DNA of 64,000 nt from Caldisericota bacterium (GCA_024655965.1 JANLFL010000006.1:879-64878); one strand, 5' to 3'. Counted from the stretch's first letter, positions 38,220 through 47,564 are shown. The notes: generated from the sequence alone by a model not told the origin. Numbers and translations are program-made.

Positions 38220-39083
38220 GTGAGGGATTTTAAATATTTCCGACCCAAGACCCTTAAGGAGGCATTAAAAATTCTCCGGAATGAAAGAGGAAAGGTTCTG
38301 GCCGGGGGTACGGACCTACTTGTAAAAATGAAGGACGGCTTGATTTACCCTGAAAGCGTAATCGATATCACCTTGCTCGAGGAGCTGAGGAATATTCGCC
38401 AGAGGGATGGAAGGGTAGAGATCGGAGCGCTGGCCACCCTGTCCATGGTCGCTTCTTCCCAGATCATTCAGTTAAGAGCCCCTCACCTTGCTGAATCAGC
38501 CCGGTTGATTGGTTCCCCTCAGATAAGGAATATGGCAACCATCGGGGGGAACATCGTCAACGCCTCTCCCGCGGGAGACTCCATCCCTCCCCTTTATACC
38601 TTAAATTCCGAACTGATCCTGGAATCAGAAAATGAGAAGAGGGTGGTAAAAATTGAGGATTTTTTTTCGGGCCCCGGCGTTTCTTCCATCCGCCCCCATG
38701 AGCTTTTAACCGCCATCACTTTCCCCTTCCCCGAAGAACCCTTCTTCTCTTTCTTCAAAAAGGTGGGACAGAGGAAAGCCCTGGCGATCTCCAAAATTAG
38801 CCTGGCTTTCTTGGGGGTTATTGAGGAACAAGGAAGGAGTTTTCGTGATGTGAGGATCTCCCTTGGGGCCGTAGCACCCACTGTTATTCGGGCAAGAAGG
38901 ACCGAGGACTTCCTCAAGGGTAAAATCATCGACCAAAAGGTCCTGGAAGAAGTTTCGGGCCTTTGCGCTGAGGAGACCAAGCCTATTTCCGATATCCGAT
39001 CCACCTCAGTTTACAGAAGGAAGGTTTCCGGGGAGTTGTTAAAAAAAGGTTTAGTCGAATTTACGGAAGGGGTGATTTCGTGA
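38220..39083 (+). CDS. Xanthine-dehydrogenase-family FAD-binding medium subunit (CoxM/XdhB/YgfM-type), copy 1
   Basis: FKYFRPKTLKEALKIL...VLAGGTDLLVKMK...ATIGGNIVNASPAGDSIP. GTG at 38220 follows AGGGGGG. Confidence 0.85.
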   Translation: MRDFKYFRPKTLKEALKILRNERGKVLAGGTDLLVKMKDGLIYPESVIDITLLEELRNIRQRDGRVEIGALATLSMVASSQIIQLRAPHLAESARLIGSPQIRNMATIGGNIVNASPAGDSIPPLYTLNSELILESENEKRVVKIEDFFSGPGVSSIRPHELLTAITFPFPEEPFFSFFKKVGQRKALAISKISLAFLGVIEEQGRSFRDVRISLGAVAPTVIRARRTEDFLKGKIIDQKVLEEVSGLCAEETKPISDIRSTSVYRRKVSGELLKKGLVEFTEGVIS

Positions 39084-40417
39084 GGGTTGAACGGATTGTT
39101 CCCAAATCCATTCCCCCAGGGGAAAGAAAGGATTTCTCGGAAGTTTATTCAAGTTTTGCTTTTCAAGAAGCCCTTTTTGAAGCCAGAAGATGCCTTTACT
39201 GTTATGATGCTCCCTGCGTGAAGGGGTGTCCTACGGGGGTGAACATCCCCGAGTTCATCTCAAGGATAAAATCCGGGAACCTCATTGGGGCTGCGAGGTT
39301 AATCTATTCTGCAAACCCTTTGGGTTCGGTCTGCGGAAGGGTATGTCCAACAGAGGTTTTATGCGAGAGGTCCTGTACAAGCAAACTTTTGAATATTCCC
39401 ATCGCCATCGGTCATCTCCAGCGTTATGTCTGTGACTTCGCCCTGGAAAATGAAAGGGTCTCCTTCCCTTACCCCCAACCCCAGAAAGGCCCCATCGCTG
39501 TAGTTGGTGGTGGCCCTGCCGGCCTTTCCTGCATTCATTTTCTCAAGCTTCTCGGTTATCGGGTTACCCTTTTTGAAAGGGAGGAAGAACCGGGTGGGCT
39601 CCTACTCAATGGGATTCCTCCCTACAGGCTTCCTGAAAAGACTGCCAGGAAGGAGATTTCCTTAATCCTCCAGGGGGTGGAAATCGGAAAAGGGATTGAG
39701 ACGAAAGAGGATGCTTTAAGGGTTATTAAGGAATTCAAAGCCATTTTCCTTTCCCCTGGGGCGAATAAACCAGTGAGCCTGGGGGTGCCCGGAGAGGACC
39801 AAGAGGGTGTAATTTCTGCCGGGGACTTTTTGAAAGAGGTTTCTAAGGAAAAAGGACAATTTGATTTCTCGGGGAAGGTGGTTGCCATACTGGGAGGAGG
39901 GGCTTCAGCCATGGACGCTTCCAGGGTGGCGCTCCGCTTGAACGCCTCCCGGGTTATTGTCCTTTATCGCAGGACAAGGGAGGAAATGCCGGCCTTTCCC
40001 TCGGAATTCCAGGAAGCTCTTGAAGAAGGCGTGGAGTTTCTCTGGCTGGTTCAGCCAGTGGAAATCAAAAAGCGAGATGGGAGGCTTTTTCTTACCCTTG
40101 AAAGGATGACCTTGAAAGAGCCGGATGAAAGTGGAAGACGGGCTCCAAAAGGAACCGGTGAGACTTTTGAGATGGCCTGCGATATCCTAATCAAGGCGAT
40201 TGCAGCTTTTCCCGATCCCCGCTTTCTTGAGATCTGGCCGGGTTTGAAATTGGACCCCCGAGGTTATCCCCTTGAGAATAACCGCCAGAGCACCAATCCC
40301 AAAATTTTCCTGGGAGGGGATCTTATAAAAGGAGGCACGGTTGTCCAGGCTGTTGCTGATGGAAAAGAGGGCGCAAGAAGGATTGACGAATGGTTGAAAG
40401 GAGGAGGTGCCCAATGA
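39080..40417 (+). CDS. preT: NAD-dependent dihydropyrimidine dehydrogenase subunit PreT-like (glutamate-synthase small-chain family)
   Basis: The N-terminal 4Fe-4S region reads EARRCLYCYDAPC...CPTGVNIP...CGRVCP. Dinucleotide folds VVGGGPAGLSC and ILGGGASAMD are present. Confidence 0.8.
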   Translation: MRVERIVPKSIPPGERKDFSEVYSSFAFQEALFEARRCLYCYDAPCVKGCPTGVNIPEFISRIKSGNLIGAARLIYSANPLGSVCGRVCPTEVLCERSCTSKLLNIPIAIGHLQRYVCDFALENERVSFPYPQPQKGPIAVVGGGPAGLSCIHFLKLLGYRVTLFEREEEPGGLLLNGIPPYRLPEKTARKEISLILQGVEIGKGIETKEDALRVIKEFKAIFLSPGANKPVSLGVPGEDQEGVISAGDFLKEVSKEKGQFDFSGKVVAILGGGASAMDASRVALRLNASRVIVLYRRTREEMPAFPSEFQEALEEGVEFLWLVQPVEIKKRDGRLFLTLERMTLKEPDESGRRAPKGTGETFEMACDILIKAIAAFPDPRFLEIWPGLKLDPRGYPLENNRQSTNPKIFLGGDLIKGGTVVQAVADGKEGARRIDEWLKGGGAQ

Positions 40418-41610
40418 CCCCCGATCTTTCAGTAAATTTCTGCGGGATAAAATTTCCCAACCCCTTCATCCTGGCAGCAGCCCCAACCACGGATGACGGG
40501 GAGGTGGTTGCCCGGGCTTTTGAAGCTGGCTGGGCTGGGGCTGTCTTGAAGACAACTTCCGTGGAGAAGGAACCTGTTGAGCTCGTCTATCCACAGATGG
40601 GGGCGATCGAGGTCAACGGCCAGAAGTTGATTGGCATGGTCAACATTGACTTGATTTCCAAAAGGCACATTGATCAGGTTGAGAAAGATGTCCGCAATTT
40701 GAAAAAGGCCTTCCCAGACAAGGTCGTGATGGCTTCGATCATGGGTTCGAGGAAAGAGGACTGGCAGGAACTCGTTTTCCGTTTGGAGGAAGCGGGAGTT
40801 GATATGATTGAATGCTCTTTCTCCTGTCCACATGGAATGCCGGAGAGAGGGATGGGCTCGACCATTGGCCAGAATCCGGAGTTGACTGAGCGCACTGCCA
40901 GGTGGGTTAAGGAGGCGGCAAAAAGGGTCCCAGTGATGATTAAACTAACGCCCAACGTCACGGATATCGTCCCCATTGCTCGAGCAGTTAAGAATTCTGG
41001 TGCCGATGCCGTCTGTGCGATCAATACCGTTCTGGGGTTAATCGGAATAGACCTAGATACCTTTTCCCCTCTCCCAAGCGTGGATGGAATGGGGATCTAC
41101 GGAGGAGTTTCTGGGCCGGCGATCAAGCCCATTGCCCTTCATTTCGTCTCCAAAATTGCCCGAAACGTGGATATCCCAATTTCGGGGGTGGGAGGAATTA
41201 GCACCTGGAAGGATGCAGTGGAATTCTTGCTTGTAGGAGCAAGGACCGTCCAGCTCTGTACTGCCCCCATGCACTACGGTTTCCGGATAATAGATGACCT
41301 AATTGATGGGCTTTCCGCTTACCTTGAGGAGAAAGGGTTCAAGGGCGTAGAGGAGATCATCGGTCTTTCCCTTCCCAGGTTAACCTCTTATGAGCACCTC
41401 TCCAGGACCCACAAAGTGAGATCTCAAATCGACCTCGATTCCTGCATCAAGTGCGGATTGTGTTATGTTTCCTGCAGGGACGGGGGGCATCAGGCGATTC
41501 TCCTTAGGGAGGACCGAACCCCGGTGGTCGATGAGGAGAAATGCGTGGGGTGCGCTTTGTGCCCTCAGGTATGCCCCGTGGGGGCTATCTCTTTAAAGAG
41601 AATCCAATAA
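40414..41610 (+). CDS. preA: Dihydropyrimidine dehydrogenase subunit PreA-like (DHOD-type TIM barrel with a C-terminal 2x[4Fe-4S] domain)
   Basis: CGIKFPNPFILAAAP...ECSFSCPHG...KLTPNVTD. The C-terminus reads CIKCGLCYVSC...CVGCALCPQVCP. ATGA overlap with preT. Confidence 0.82.
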   Translation: MTPDLSVNFCGIKFPNPFILAAAPTTDDGEVVARAFEAGWAGAVLKTTSVEKEPVELVYPQMGAIEVNGQKLIGMVNIDLISKRHIDQVEKDVRNLKKAFPDKVVMASIMGSRKEDWQELVFRLEEAGVDMIECSFSCPHGMPERGMGSTIGQNPELTERTARWVKEAAKRVPVMIKLTPNVTDIVPIARAVKNSGADAVCAINTVLGLIGIDLDTFSPLPSVDGMGIYGGVSGPAIKPIALHFVSKIARNVDIPISGVGGISTWKDAVEFLLVGARTVQLCTAPMHYGFRIIDDLIDGLSAYLEEKGFKGVEEIIGLSLPRLTSYEHLSRTHKVRSQIDLDSCIKCGLCYVSCRDGGHQAILLREDRTPVVDEEKCVGCALCPQVCPVGAISLKRIQ

Positions 41611-41832
41611 TTGAGGATAAGGGTTCAGGCCTTAGGAGGGCTAACGAAGGAAGATCTGGTCTGCGAGATGGACGTTCGGGAGGGGACCACGGTGGATGAT
41701 GTGGCAAAAAGCCTCCCTCTCAAGGAGACCCCATTTTTGATTTTTCTGGCCAACGGGTCAAGGGTTTCTGGAAATTACCCTCTGCAAGAGGGCGATTCCT
41801 TGATTATTTTCCCACCTGTCTTGGGAGGTTAA
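41611..41832 (+). CDS. MoaD/ThiS-family ubiquitin-like protein with a C-terminal Gly-Gly
   Basis: 73 aa ending in IIFPPVLGG. TTG start immediately after the preA stop, and 2 nt before the next gene. Confidence 0.65.
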   Translation: MRIRVQALGGLTKEDLVCEMDVREGTTVDDVAKSLPLKETPFLIFLANGSRVSGNYPLQEGDSLIIFPPVLGG

Positions 41833-41834
41833 AC

Positions 41835-42704
41835 TTGATTCCCCCTTTAAACTACCTCCGCCCAAATAACCTTGAAATTGCCTTATCCTTCCTTTCTGAT
41901 GAAAAGCTAAAACCCCGTTTCATATTAGCGGGAGGGACTGACCTGATTGTGGAATTGAGAAAAGGAAATATCCCACCGGATTCCTTTGTTGTGGACATTT
42001 CCTTCCTCCCGGAACTACGGAAGCTCCATTTGAACAACGGAGAGCTCCAAATCGGTCCCCTAATTACTCACAGGGAGATTTCGGATTCCAGCCTGGTGAG
42101 GACCTTTTCCCCTCTTCTTTCCCGGGCATGCGGAGAGGTGGGAACCCCCCAGGTTAGAGCTCGGGGTACTATTGGGGGAAACATCGCCCACGCTTCTCCC
42201 GCAGCTGACTCCATCCCCCCTCTTCTCCTTCACGATGCGGTTGTACACTTGCGTTCCCTGGATTCAACGCGGTCAGTTCCCCTTTCATCCTTTTTGAAAG
42301 GCCCCTATTCCACGGATTTGGAGGAAGGAGAACTGATTGAAAGGATAACCCTTTCTCCCCTTAAGGGTTTTAATTTCGGGTTCGAGCGGTTGATTCCCAG
42401 GCAGAGGGTGGGGATCCCCAGGCTGATCATCTGCGTGGCCCTTAAGGTTGGCCAGGTAATCGAGGAGGCTCGGATTTCCATTGGGGCAGCCACTCCCGTG
42501 GCCTTCAGGGCCAAAGATGCTGAGGATTTCTTAAAAGGCAAATTTTTTTCCGATGAAATTTTCCATGAGGCCTCCCGACTTGCCAGCCAGGAAATGCTGG
42601 AGATCTCCGGAATGAGGTGGTCCACCCCATATAAAAAACCAGTTCTCGAAGCACTTTTGAGGAGAGCCTTAAAGGTTGCTTCCGGATCGACCCCCGATGA
42701 ATAA
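41835..42704 (+). CDS. Xanthine-dehydrogenase-family FAD-binding medium subunit, copy 2
   Basis: YLRPNNLEIALSFL...ILAGGTDLIVELR...GTIGGNIAHASPAADSIP. TTG start. Confidence 0.85.
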   Translation: MIPPLNYLRPNNLEIALSFLSDEKLKPRFILAGGTDLIVELRKGNIPPDSFVVDISFLPELRKLHLNNGELQIGPLITHREISDSSLVRTFSPLLSRACGEVGTPQVRARGTIGGNIAHASPAADSIPPLLLHDAVVHLRSLDSTRSVPLSSFLKGPYSTDLEEGELIERITLSPLKGFNFGFERLIPRQRVGIPRLIICVALKVGQVIEEARISIGAATPVAFRAKDAEDFLKGKFFSDEIFHEASRLASQEMLEISGMRWSTPYKKPVLEALLRRALKVASGSTPDE

Positions 42705-43173
42705 AGTTAGAATCAGGCTAAAAGTAAATGGTGGGGACTATGTCCTGGAGGTCTTTCCAAATAAGCGGCTCCTTGACATCCTGCGCGATGACCTTGGCTT
42801 AACCGGTACGAAGGAAGGCTGTGGCATTGGTGAATGCGGGGCTTGCACAGTCCTGTTGGATGGAGAAGCGGTGAACTCCTGTCTGGTTCTCGCCCCCCAG
42901 GCTGACGGGAAAGAAGTCCTTACCGTCGAAGGGCTGGGGGATGGAAAAAACCTTCACCCCCTTCAGAAGGCCTTCATCGAACATTTTGCCTTTCAATGCG
43001 GCTTCTGTACTCCGGGGATGCTGATGGCCGCCCTTTCGTTAATTTCCAAAAACCCCCAACCCACGGAAGAAGAAATCAGAAAGGGGTTATCGGGTGTTCT
43101 TTGCAGGTGCACGGGGTATCTCCCCATTATTGAAGCCGTAAAAAAAGCAGCGGAGGAGATGAAAAAATGTTGA
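42697..43173 (+). CDS. Xanthine-dehydrogenase-family [2Fe-2S] small subunit, copy 2
   Basis: GCGIGECGACTV...NSC and QCGFCTPGM...CRCTGY. The ATG at 42697 overlaps the 3' end of the FAD-subunit gene. Confidence 0.88.
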   Translation: MNKVRIRLKVNGGDYVLEVFPNKRLLDILRDDLGLTGTKEGCGIGECGACTVLLDGEAVNSCLVLAPQADGKEVLTVEGLGDGKNLHPLQKAFIEHFAFQCGFCTPGMLMAALSLISKNPQPTEEEIRKGLSGVLCRCTGYLPIIEAVKKAAEEMKKC

Positions 43174-44492
43174 TTGGAGGAGGTCCGCTTTTCACCTTCG
43201 GCAAGGAGGATATTTTTTTGGAAAATGGAGGAGTTCGGGTGGAAGGAGGTTTAGTGAAGGAGGTCGATTCCTGGACTTCCCTCCGGAAGAAATTTCCTCA
43301 AGAGGAATTTTTCGATACCCAGGGAGGGGTAATCATCCCCGGCATGACCTGTGCTCACCACCATTTTTATTCCTCCTTCGCCCGAGGGATGAGTTTGAAG
43401 GGGAAAAGCCCCCGAAATTTCGGGGAGATATTACAGGATCTCTGGTGGAGTCTGGACAAGAAATTGACCCCGGAGGATATCTATTTTTCCGCCCTTGTAG
43501 CCCTGATCGATGCTATCAAATGCGGGACGACCTCCATCCTTGATCATCATGCCAGCCCTAAATCTATAAAAGGAAGCCTCAGGATGATCGCCCAGGCAGT
43601 TAAGAAAGCAGGTGTCAGGGCATGCCTCTGCTACGAGGTGTCAGATCGGGATGGCCCCCAGGCGGCCAAGGAAGGCCTTGAGGAAAACGCCGATTTTCTT
43701 CGGGAAACGAAAATTGAAGATTCCGATTTCCTGAAGGCTACCTTCGGGCTCCACGCCTCTTTTACTTTATCCCAGGAAACTCTTATTTCCGCTCGGGATA
43801 TGGCTTCCGCGCTTGGTGCTGGTTTTCACATCCACGTTGCCGAGGGGGAAGAGGACCAGGAGGATAGCCTCCGATCCTACGGGAAAAGGGTAATCGAGAG
43901 GCTTCGAGATTCCGGCATTTTGGGGGAAAAGACCCTGGCGATCCACTGCATCCACGTTGACCAGAGAGAAATCGGGATTTTGAAGGATACTAAAACCATG
44001 GTTGTCCACAATCCCTCCTCCAACATGAATAACGCTGTCGGGTATGCCCCGGTAGAGGAAATGATCTCCCGGGGAATAACCTGCGGATTGGGAACCGATG
44101 GTATGAGCTCGGACATGTTCCAGGAATTGAAGACCGCTTTCTTTCTTTTGAAGCACCAATCCCGCGACCCAAGGAAGGGCTGGGAAGAGATCCAGAAAAT
44201 TTATTTCCAAAATAACCCCAAGATTTTTGCCAAATTCTTCCCCCATCCTTTGGGAAGCCTATCGCCCGGCTCTTATGCCGATATGGTGGTTCTCGATTAC
44301 GATCCCCCCACCCCCTTAAATAGGGAAAACTTCCTGGGTCACCTTCTTTTTGCAATTCAATCCCGGAATGTTAGGGATGTGATCGTGGGGGGTAATTTCC
44401 TCATGAGGGATAGACAGATCCTGACCCTCGATGAGGGGGAAGTTTTAAAAGAGTCCCGGAAATTGGCTTTAAAACTCTGGGAAAGGTTTTGA
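43167..44492 (+). CDS. ssnA: Amidohydrolase-superfamily aminohydrolase, SsnA/chlorohydrolase-like
   Basis: PGMTCAHHHFYSSFARGM carries the HxH metal motif in an SsnA-like context. HIHVAEG and HCIH are also present. 441 aa. Confidence 0.7.
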   Translation: MLIGGGPLFTFGKEDIFLENGGVRVEGGLVKEVDSWTSLRKKFPQEEFFDTQGGVIIPGMTCAHHHFYSSFARGMSLKGKSPRNFGEILQDLWWSLDKKLTPEDIYFSALVALIDAIKCGTTSILDHHASPKSIKGSLRMIAQAVKKAGVRACLCYEVSDRDGPQAAKEGLEENADFLRETKIEDSDFLKATFGLHASFTLSQETLISARDMASALGAGFHIHVAEGEEDQEDSLRSYGKRVIERLRDSGILGEKTLAIHCIHVDQREIGILKDTKTMVVHNPSSNMNNAVGYAPVEEMISRGITCGLGTDGMSSDMFQELKTAFFLLKHQSRDPRKGWEEIQKIYFQNNPKIFAKFFPHPLGSLSPGSYADMVVLDYDPPTPLNRENFLGHLLFAIQSRNVRDVIVGGNFLMRDRQILTLDEGEVLKESRKLALKLWERF

Positions 44493-44495
44493 TTT

Positions 44496-46286
44496 ATGCA
44501 GTTTTGTAGGGAAAAGCTGGGAAGCGTTTCCCGAACCCTTGCCCGGACTGCAATGGGGGAGGAAAAAGCCGACCTCGTTCTAATTGGGGGAAAGCTGATT
44601 AATGTCTGTTCGGGGGAAATTCTGGAGAGGATGGACGTCTCCATAAAGGGTTCGAGAATCGCTTACGTCGGGCCGGATGCCTCTTTTTCGGTCGGAGAGG
44701 GAACGGAGGTTCTGGATGTCAAGGGAATGTACCTTTCCCCGGGGTTCCTGGATGGCCATGTTCACGTTGAATCCTCAATGCTTACCATTAGGCAATTTGC
44801 TTCCGCTGTTCTCCCTCACGGCACCACCGGTATTTTTTGGGATCCTCACGAAATCGCCAACGTTTTCGGTTTAAAAGGTGTAAAGCTGATGCTCGAAGAT
44901 TCACGCGGACTCCCCCTTCAAGTGTTTATGGAGATCCCCTCCTGCGTCCCTTCCTGTCCTGGGTTTGAAACCTCCGGGGCCCAGGTATCCCTTGAAGATA
45001 TTTCGGAAGCACTTTCCTGGGAGGGAGTCATCGGTCTTGGAGAAGTAATGAACTTCCCTGGGGTCATTTCCGGGGATCCCTTTCTTCACGAAGCAATCGC
45101 CAGGACCCTGGAAGCCGGGAAGGTGGTTACCGGGCATTATTCCTCTCGGGACCTGGGAAGGGCTTTCCAGGCTTATGCCGCCTCGGGAATCGGGGACTGC
45201 CACGAGGGTGTTTCCTTAGACGATGCCAGATCGAGGATCAGGGCAGGGATGTATGCCTTGATCCGCTTCGGCTCTGCCTGGCATGACATCAAGGAAAACA
45301 TCAAAGCCGTCACTGAAGCCCGCCTCGATTCCAGATTCATTTGCCTGGTTTCTGACGATCGCCATCCCGAGACCCTCCTGAGCCGCGGTCACATGGACGA
45401 TGTTTTAAGGGAGGCGATTGGAAACGGCGTGCCCCCAATTATGGCCATTCAGATGGCTACCCTTAACACCGCAAGTAATTTTGGCATCTCGCGGGACTTC
45501 GGGTCGGTAAGCCCCTCCCGCTTTGCGGACATCGTTGTTTTGGAGGATTTAAAAGAGGTAAAAATAAATTCGGTAATCGCCTGTGGAAGGGTGGTCTATC
45601 GGGAAGGGCAACTCCTCACCCAGTTTGAGCCCTTTCCTTACCCCGAGGAAATCAAAAACTCCGTCAAGTTGAGAGATCTTCCCCGGGAAGAGGATTTCAG
45701 GATCCCCGTCCAAAGTCTTGGCCATGCAAGGGTAAGGATAATTGAGGTGATTGAGAATCAAGTGTTAACCAGGCACAGGGTTTTTGACCTTCCCGTTTTA
45801 AATGGGTTTTTGTCTCCTTCCCCGGAACTTGACGTGGCAAAAATCGCAGTGCTTGAAAGGCACCATAAATCGGGAAACATCGGGCTGGGGTTCGTAAAGG
45901 GTTTGAGGATTAGGAGGGGGGCAATTGCTTCCACGGTCTCCCACGATTGCCACAACCTCCTTGTCTGCGGAATGAGTGATCGGGAAATGGCCAGGGCCTG
46001 CGCAGAAGTTGTCCGGATGGGGGGCGGCATGGCCGTCATTTTGGGGGACCAGGTCCTGGCAAGGGTGGAACTCCCCATCGGTGGATTGATGTCCGATGAA
46101 CCAGTGGAGGTTGTTTCAGCTAAGGTGAGGAAGCTGGGGGAGGGTTTAAAGGAAATTGGCTGCGATTTGAATTCCGCGATGATGACCTTTTCCCTGCTCG
46201 CCCTTCCGGTGATTCCCGAGCTCAGGCTCACTGATCGGGGCCTCTTTGACAGCGTTACTTTTCAACCAGTCCCTATTCTGGTTTAA
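44496..46286 (+). CDS. ade: Adenine deaminase
   Basis: ADLVLIGGKLINV...PGFLDGHVHVESSML. The 596-aa two-domain layout is typical of Ade/AdeC. Confidence 0.85.
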   Translation: MQFCREKLGSVSRTLARTAMGEEKADLVLIGGKLINVCSGEILERMDVSIKGSRIAYVGPDASFSVGEGTEVLDVKGMYLSPGFLDGHVHVESSMLTIRQFASAVLPHGTTGIFWDPHEIANVFGLKGVKLMLEDSRGLPLQVFMEIPSCVPSCPGFETSGAQVSLEDISEALSWEGVIGLGEVMNFPGVISGDPFLHEAIARTLEAGKVVTGHYSSRDLGRAFQAYAASGIGDCHEGVSLDDARSRIRAGMYALIRFGSAWHDIKENIKAVTEARLDSRFICLVSDDRHPETLLSRGHMDDVLREAIGNGVPPIMAIQMATLNTASNFGISRDFGSVSPSRFADIVVLEDLKEVKINSVIACGRVVYREGQLLTQFEPFPYPEEIKNSVKLRDLPREEDFRIPVQSLGHARVRIIEVIENQVLTRHRVFDLPVLNGFLSPSPELDVAKIAVLERHHKSGNIGLGFVKGLRIRRGAIASTVSHDCHNLLVCGMSDREMARACAEVVRMGGGMAVILGDQVLARVELPIGGLMSDEPVEVVSAKVRKLGEGLKEIGCDLNSAMMTFSLLALPVIPELRLTDRGLFDSVTFQPVPILV

Positions 46287-46362
46287 TTTTTTATCGGGAG
46301 ATTTCAAAAGGGGGTGAGATTTAAATTAAAGTCTTAAAAAAAATCTGGAAAGGAGAGGTTGG

Positions 46363-47511
46363 ATGGTAAGAAAAAAAGGAATTCTGGTTTTTTTGGCTCT
46401 TTTCGTGCTTTTAGCCTTCACCGCAACTTCCTGCGCTACATCGACGCCTACACCGACTCCCACTACCCCCACCCAGACTGCAACCCCCACTCCTTCGGAG
46501 AAGAAACTGAAAGTCGCCTTCATTTACGTGGGGCCAATTGGAGATGGTGGATGGACCTATGAGCACGATCAGGGAAGGAAGATGCTTGAGCAGGAAGTCC
46601 CCGGGGTTGAGACCACATATGTGGAATCCGTCCCCGAGGGAGCTGATGCCACAAAGGTAATCCGGGATTTTGCCCAGAAGGGTTACGATGTGATCATCAC
46701 CACTTCCTTCGGGTACATGGACCCCACAATTGAGGTGGCAAAGGATTTCCCCAACATCGTTTTCCTTCATTGTTCGGGATACAAGACCGCTCCAAACGTC
46801 GGTACTTACTTCGGGAAAATTGAGGAACCCCGATACCTCTCGGGGTTAGTCGCCGGGAAAATGACCAAGAGCAACCTCATTGGTTACGTGGCAGCTTATC
46901 CAATCCCTGAAGTAATTCGGGGAATCAACGCTTTCACCCTGGGAGTGCGGGCGGTTAACCCGGATGCGGAGGTCAGGGTTGTCTGGACGAACACCTGGTA
47001 CGATCCTGCAAAGGAGCGCCAGGCAGCCGAGGGCCTGCTCGATGTGGGATGCGATGTGATCGCCCAACACCAGGATACCCCTGGACCCCAGCAAGCGGCA
47101 GAAGCCCGGGGTGTATATGGGGTAGGTTACGATTCCGATATGTCCAAATTCGCCCCCAAGGCCGTTTTGACCAGCCCCATCTGGAAGTGGGGAGTTTACT
47201 ATGTGGATGCCATCAAAAGGATCAAAGCGGGCACCTGGAAAACTGAACAGTATTGGGGTGGAATGAAGGATGGGATCGTTGACCTTGCTCCCCTTGCTTC
47301 CTTTGTCCCCGATGATGTGAAACAGCTGGTCGAGGCTAAGAAAAAGGAAATCATGGAAGGGAAATTCGACATCTTTAAAATTTTCTCAGGGCCTTTGAAG
47401 GACCAGAGCGGGCAAATAAGGGTTGAAGAAGGGAAATCGATGACCGGGGAAGAGATCCTGAACATGAACTGGTTCGTGGAAGGGGTCGTGGGCGAAATTC
47501 CCCAGGAGTGA
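46363..47511 (+). CDS. BMP-family (PnrA-like) nucleoside ABC transporter substrate-binding lipoprotein
   Basis: Signal peptide with a lipobox-like TATSC, then a Thr/Pro-rich linker, then KVAFIYVGPIGDGGWTYEHDQG. Confidence 0.88.
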   Translation: MVRKKGILVFLALFVLLAFTATSCATSTPTPTPTTPTQTATPTPSEKKLKVAFIYVGPIGDGGWTYEHDQGRKMLEQEVPGVETTYVESVPEGADATKVIRDFAQKGYDVIITTSFGYMDPTIEVAKDFPNIVFLHCSGYKTAPNVGTYFGKIEEPRYLSGLVAGKMTKSNLIGYVAAYPIPEVIRGINAFTLGVRAVNPDAEVRVVWTNTWYDPAKERQAAEGLLDVGCDVIAQHQDTPGPQQAAEARGVYGVGYDSDMSKFAPKAVLTSPIWKWGVYYVDAIKRIKAGTWKTEQYWGGMKDGIVDLAPLASFVPDDVKQLVEAKKKEIMEGKFDIFKIFSGPLKDQSGQIRVEEGKSMTGEEILNMNWFVEGVVGEIPQE

Positions 47512-47517
47512 GCTTTT

Positions 47518-47549
47518 GCGGGGGAGATTTGAAATCTCCCCCGCTTTTT
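47518..47549 (+). terminator. Strong intrinsic terminator or attenuator between the binding-protein gene and the ATPase gene
   Basis: GCGGGGGAGAT pairs with ATCTCCCCCGC (11-bp perfect stem, 5-nt loop), followed by TTTTT. Confidence 0.7.
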
Positions 47550-47564
47550 AAGGGGTTTCAAACC

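Noticed and set aside
46287-46362. Possible purine riboswitch upstream of the BMP nucleoside transporter
   Set aside because: The gap is only 76 nt and lacks the conserved three-way-junction core I would expect for a purine riboswitch. No convincing P1/P2/P3 pairing was seen.
46420-46500. Repetitive ACN/CCN codons (TPTPTPTTPTQTATPTP), with a similar tract at 60655-60735
   Set aside because: I checked these as possible tandem repeats or CRISPR-like periodicity. They are Thr/Pro-rich lipoprotein linker regions in frame within the two binding-protein genes. The repeats are imperfect, short and coding.
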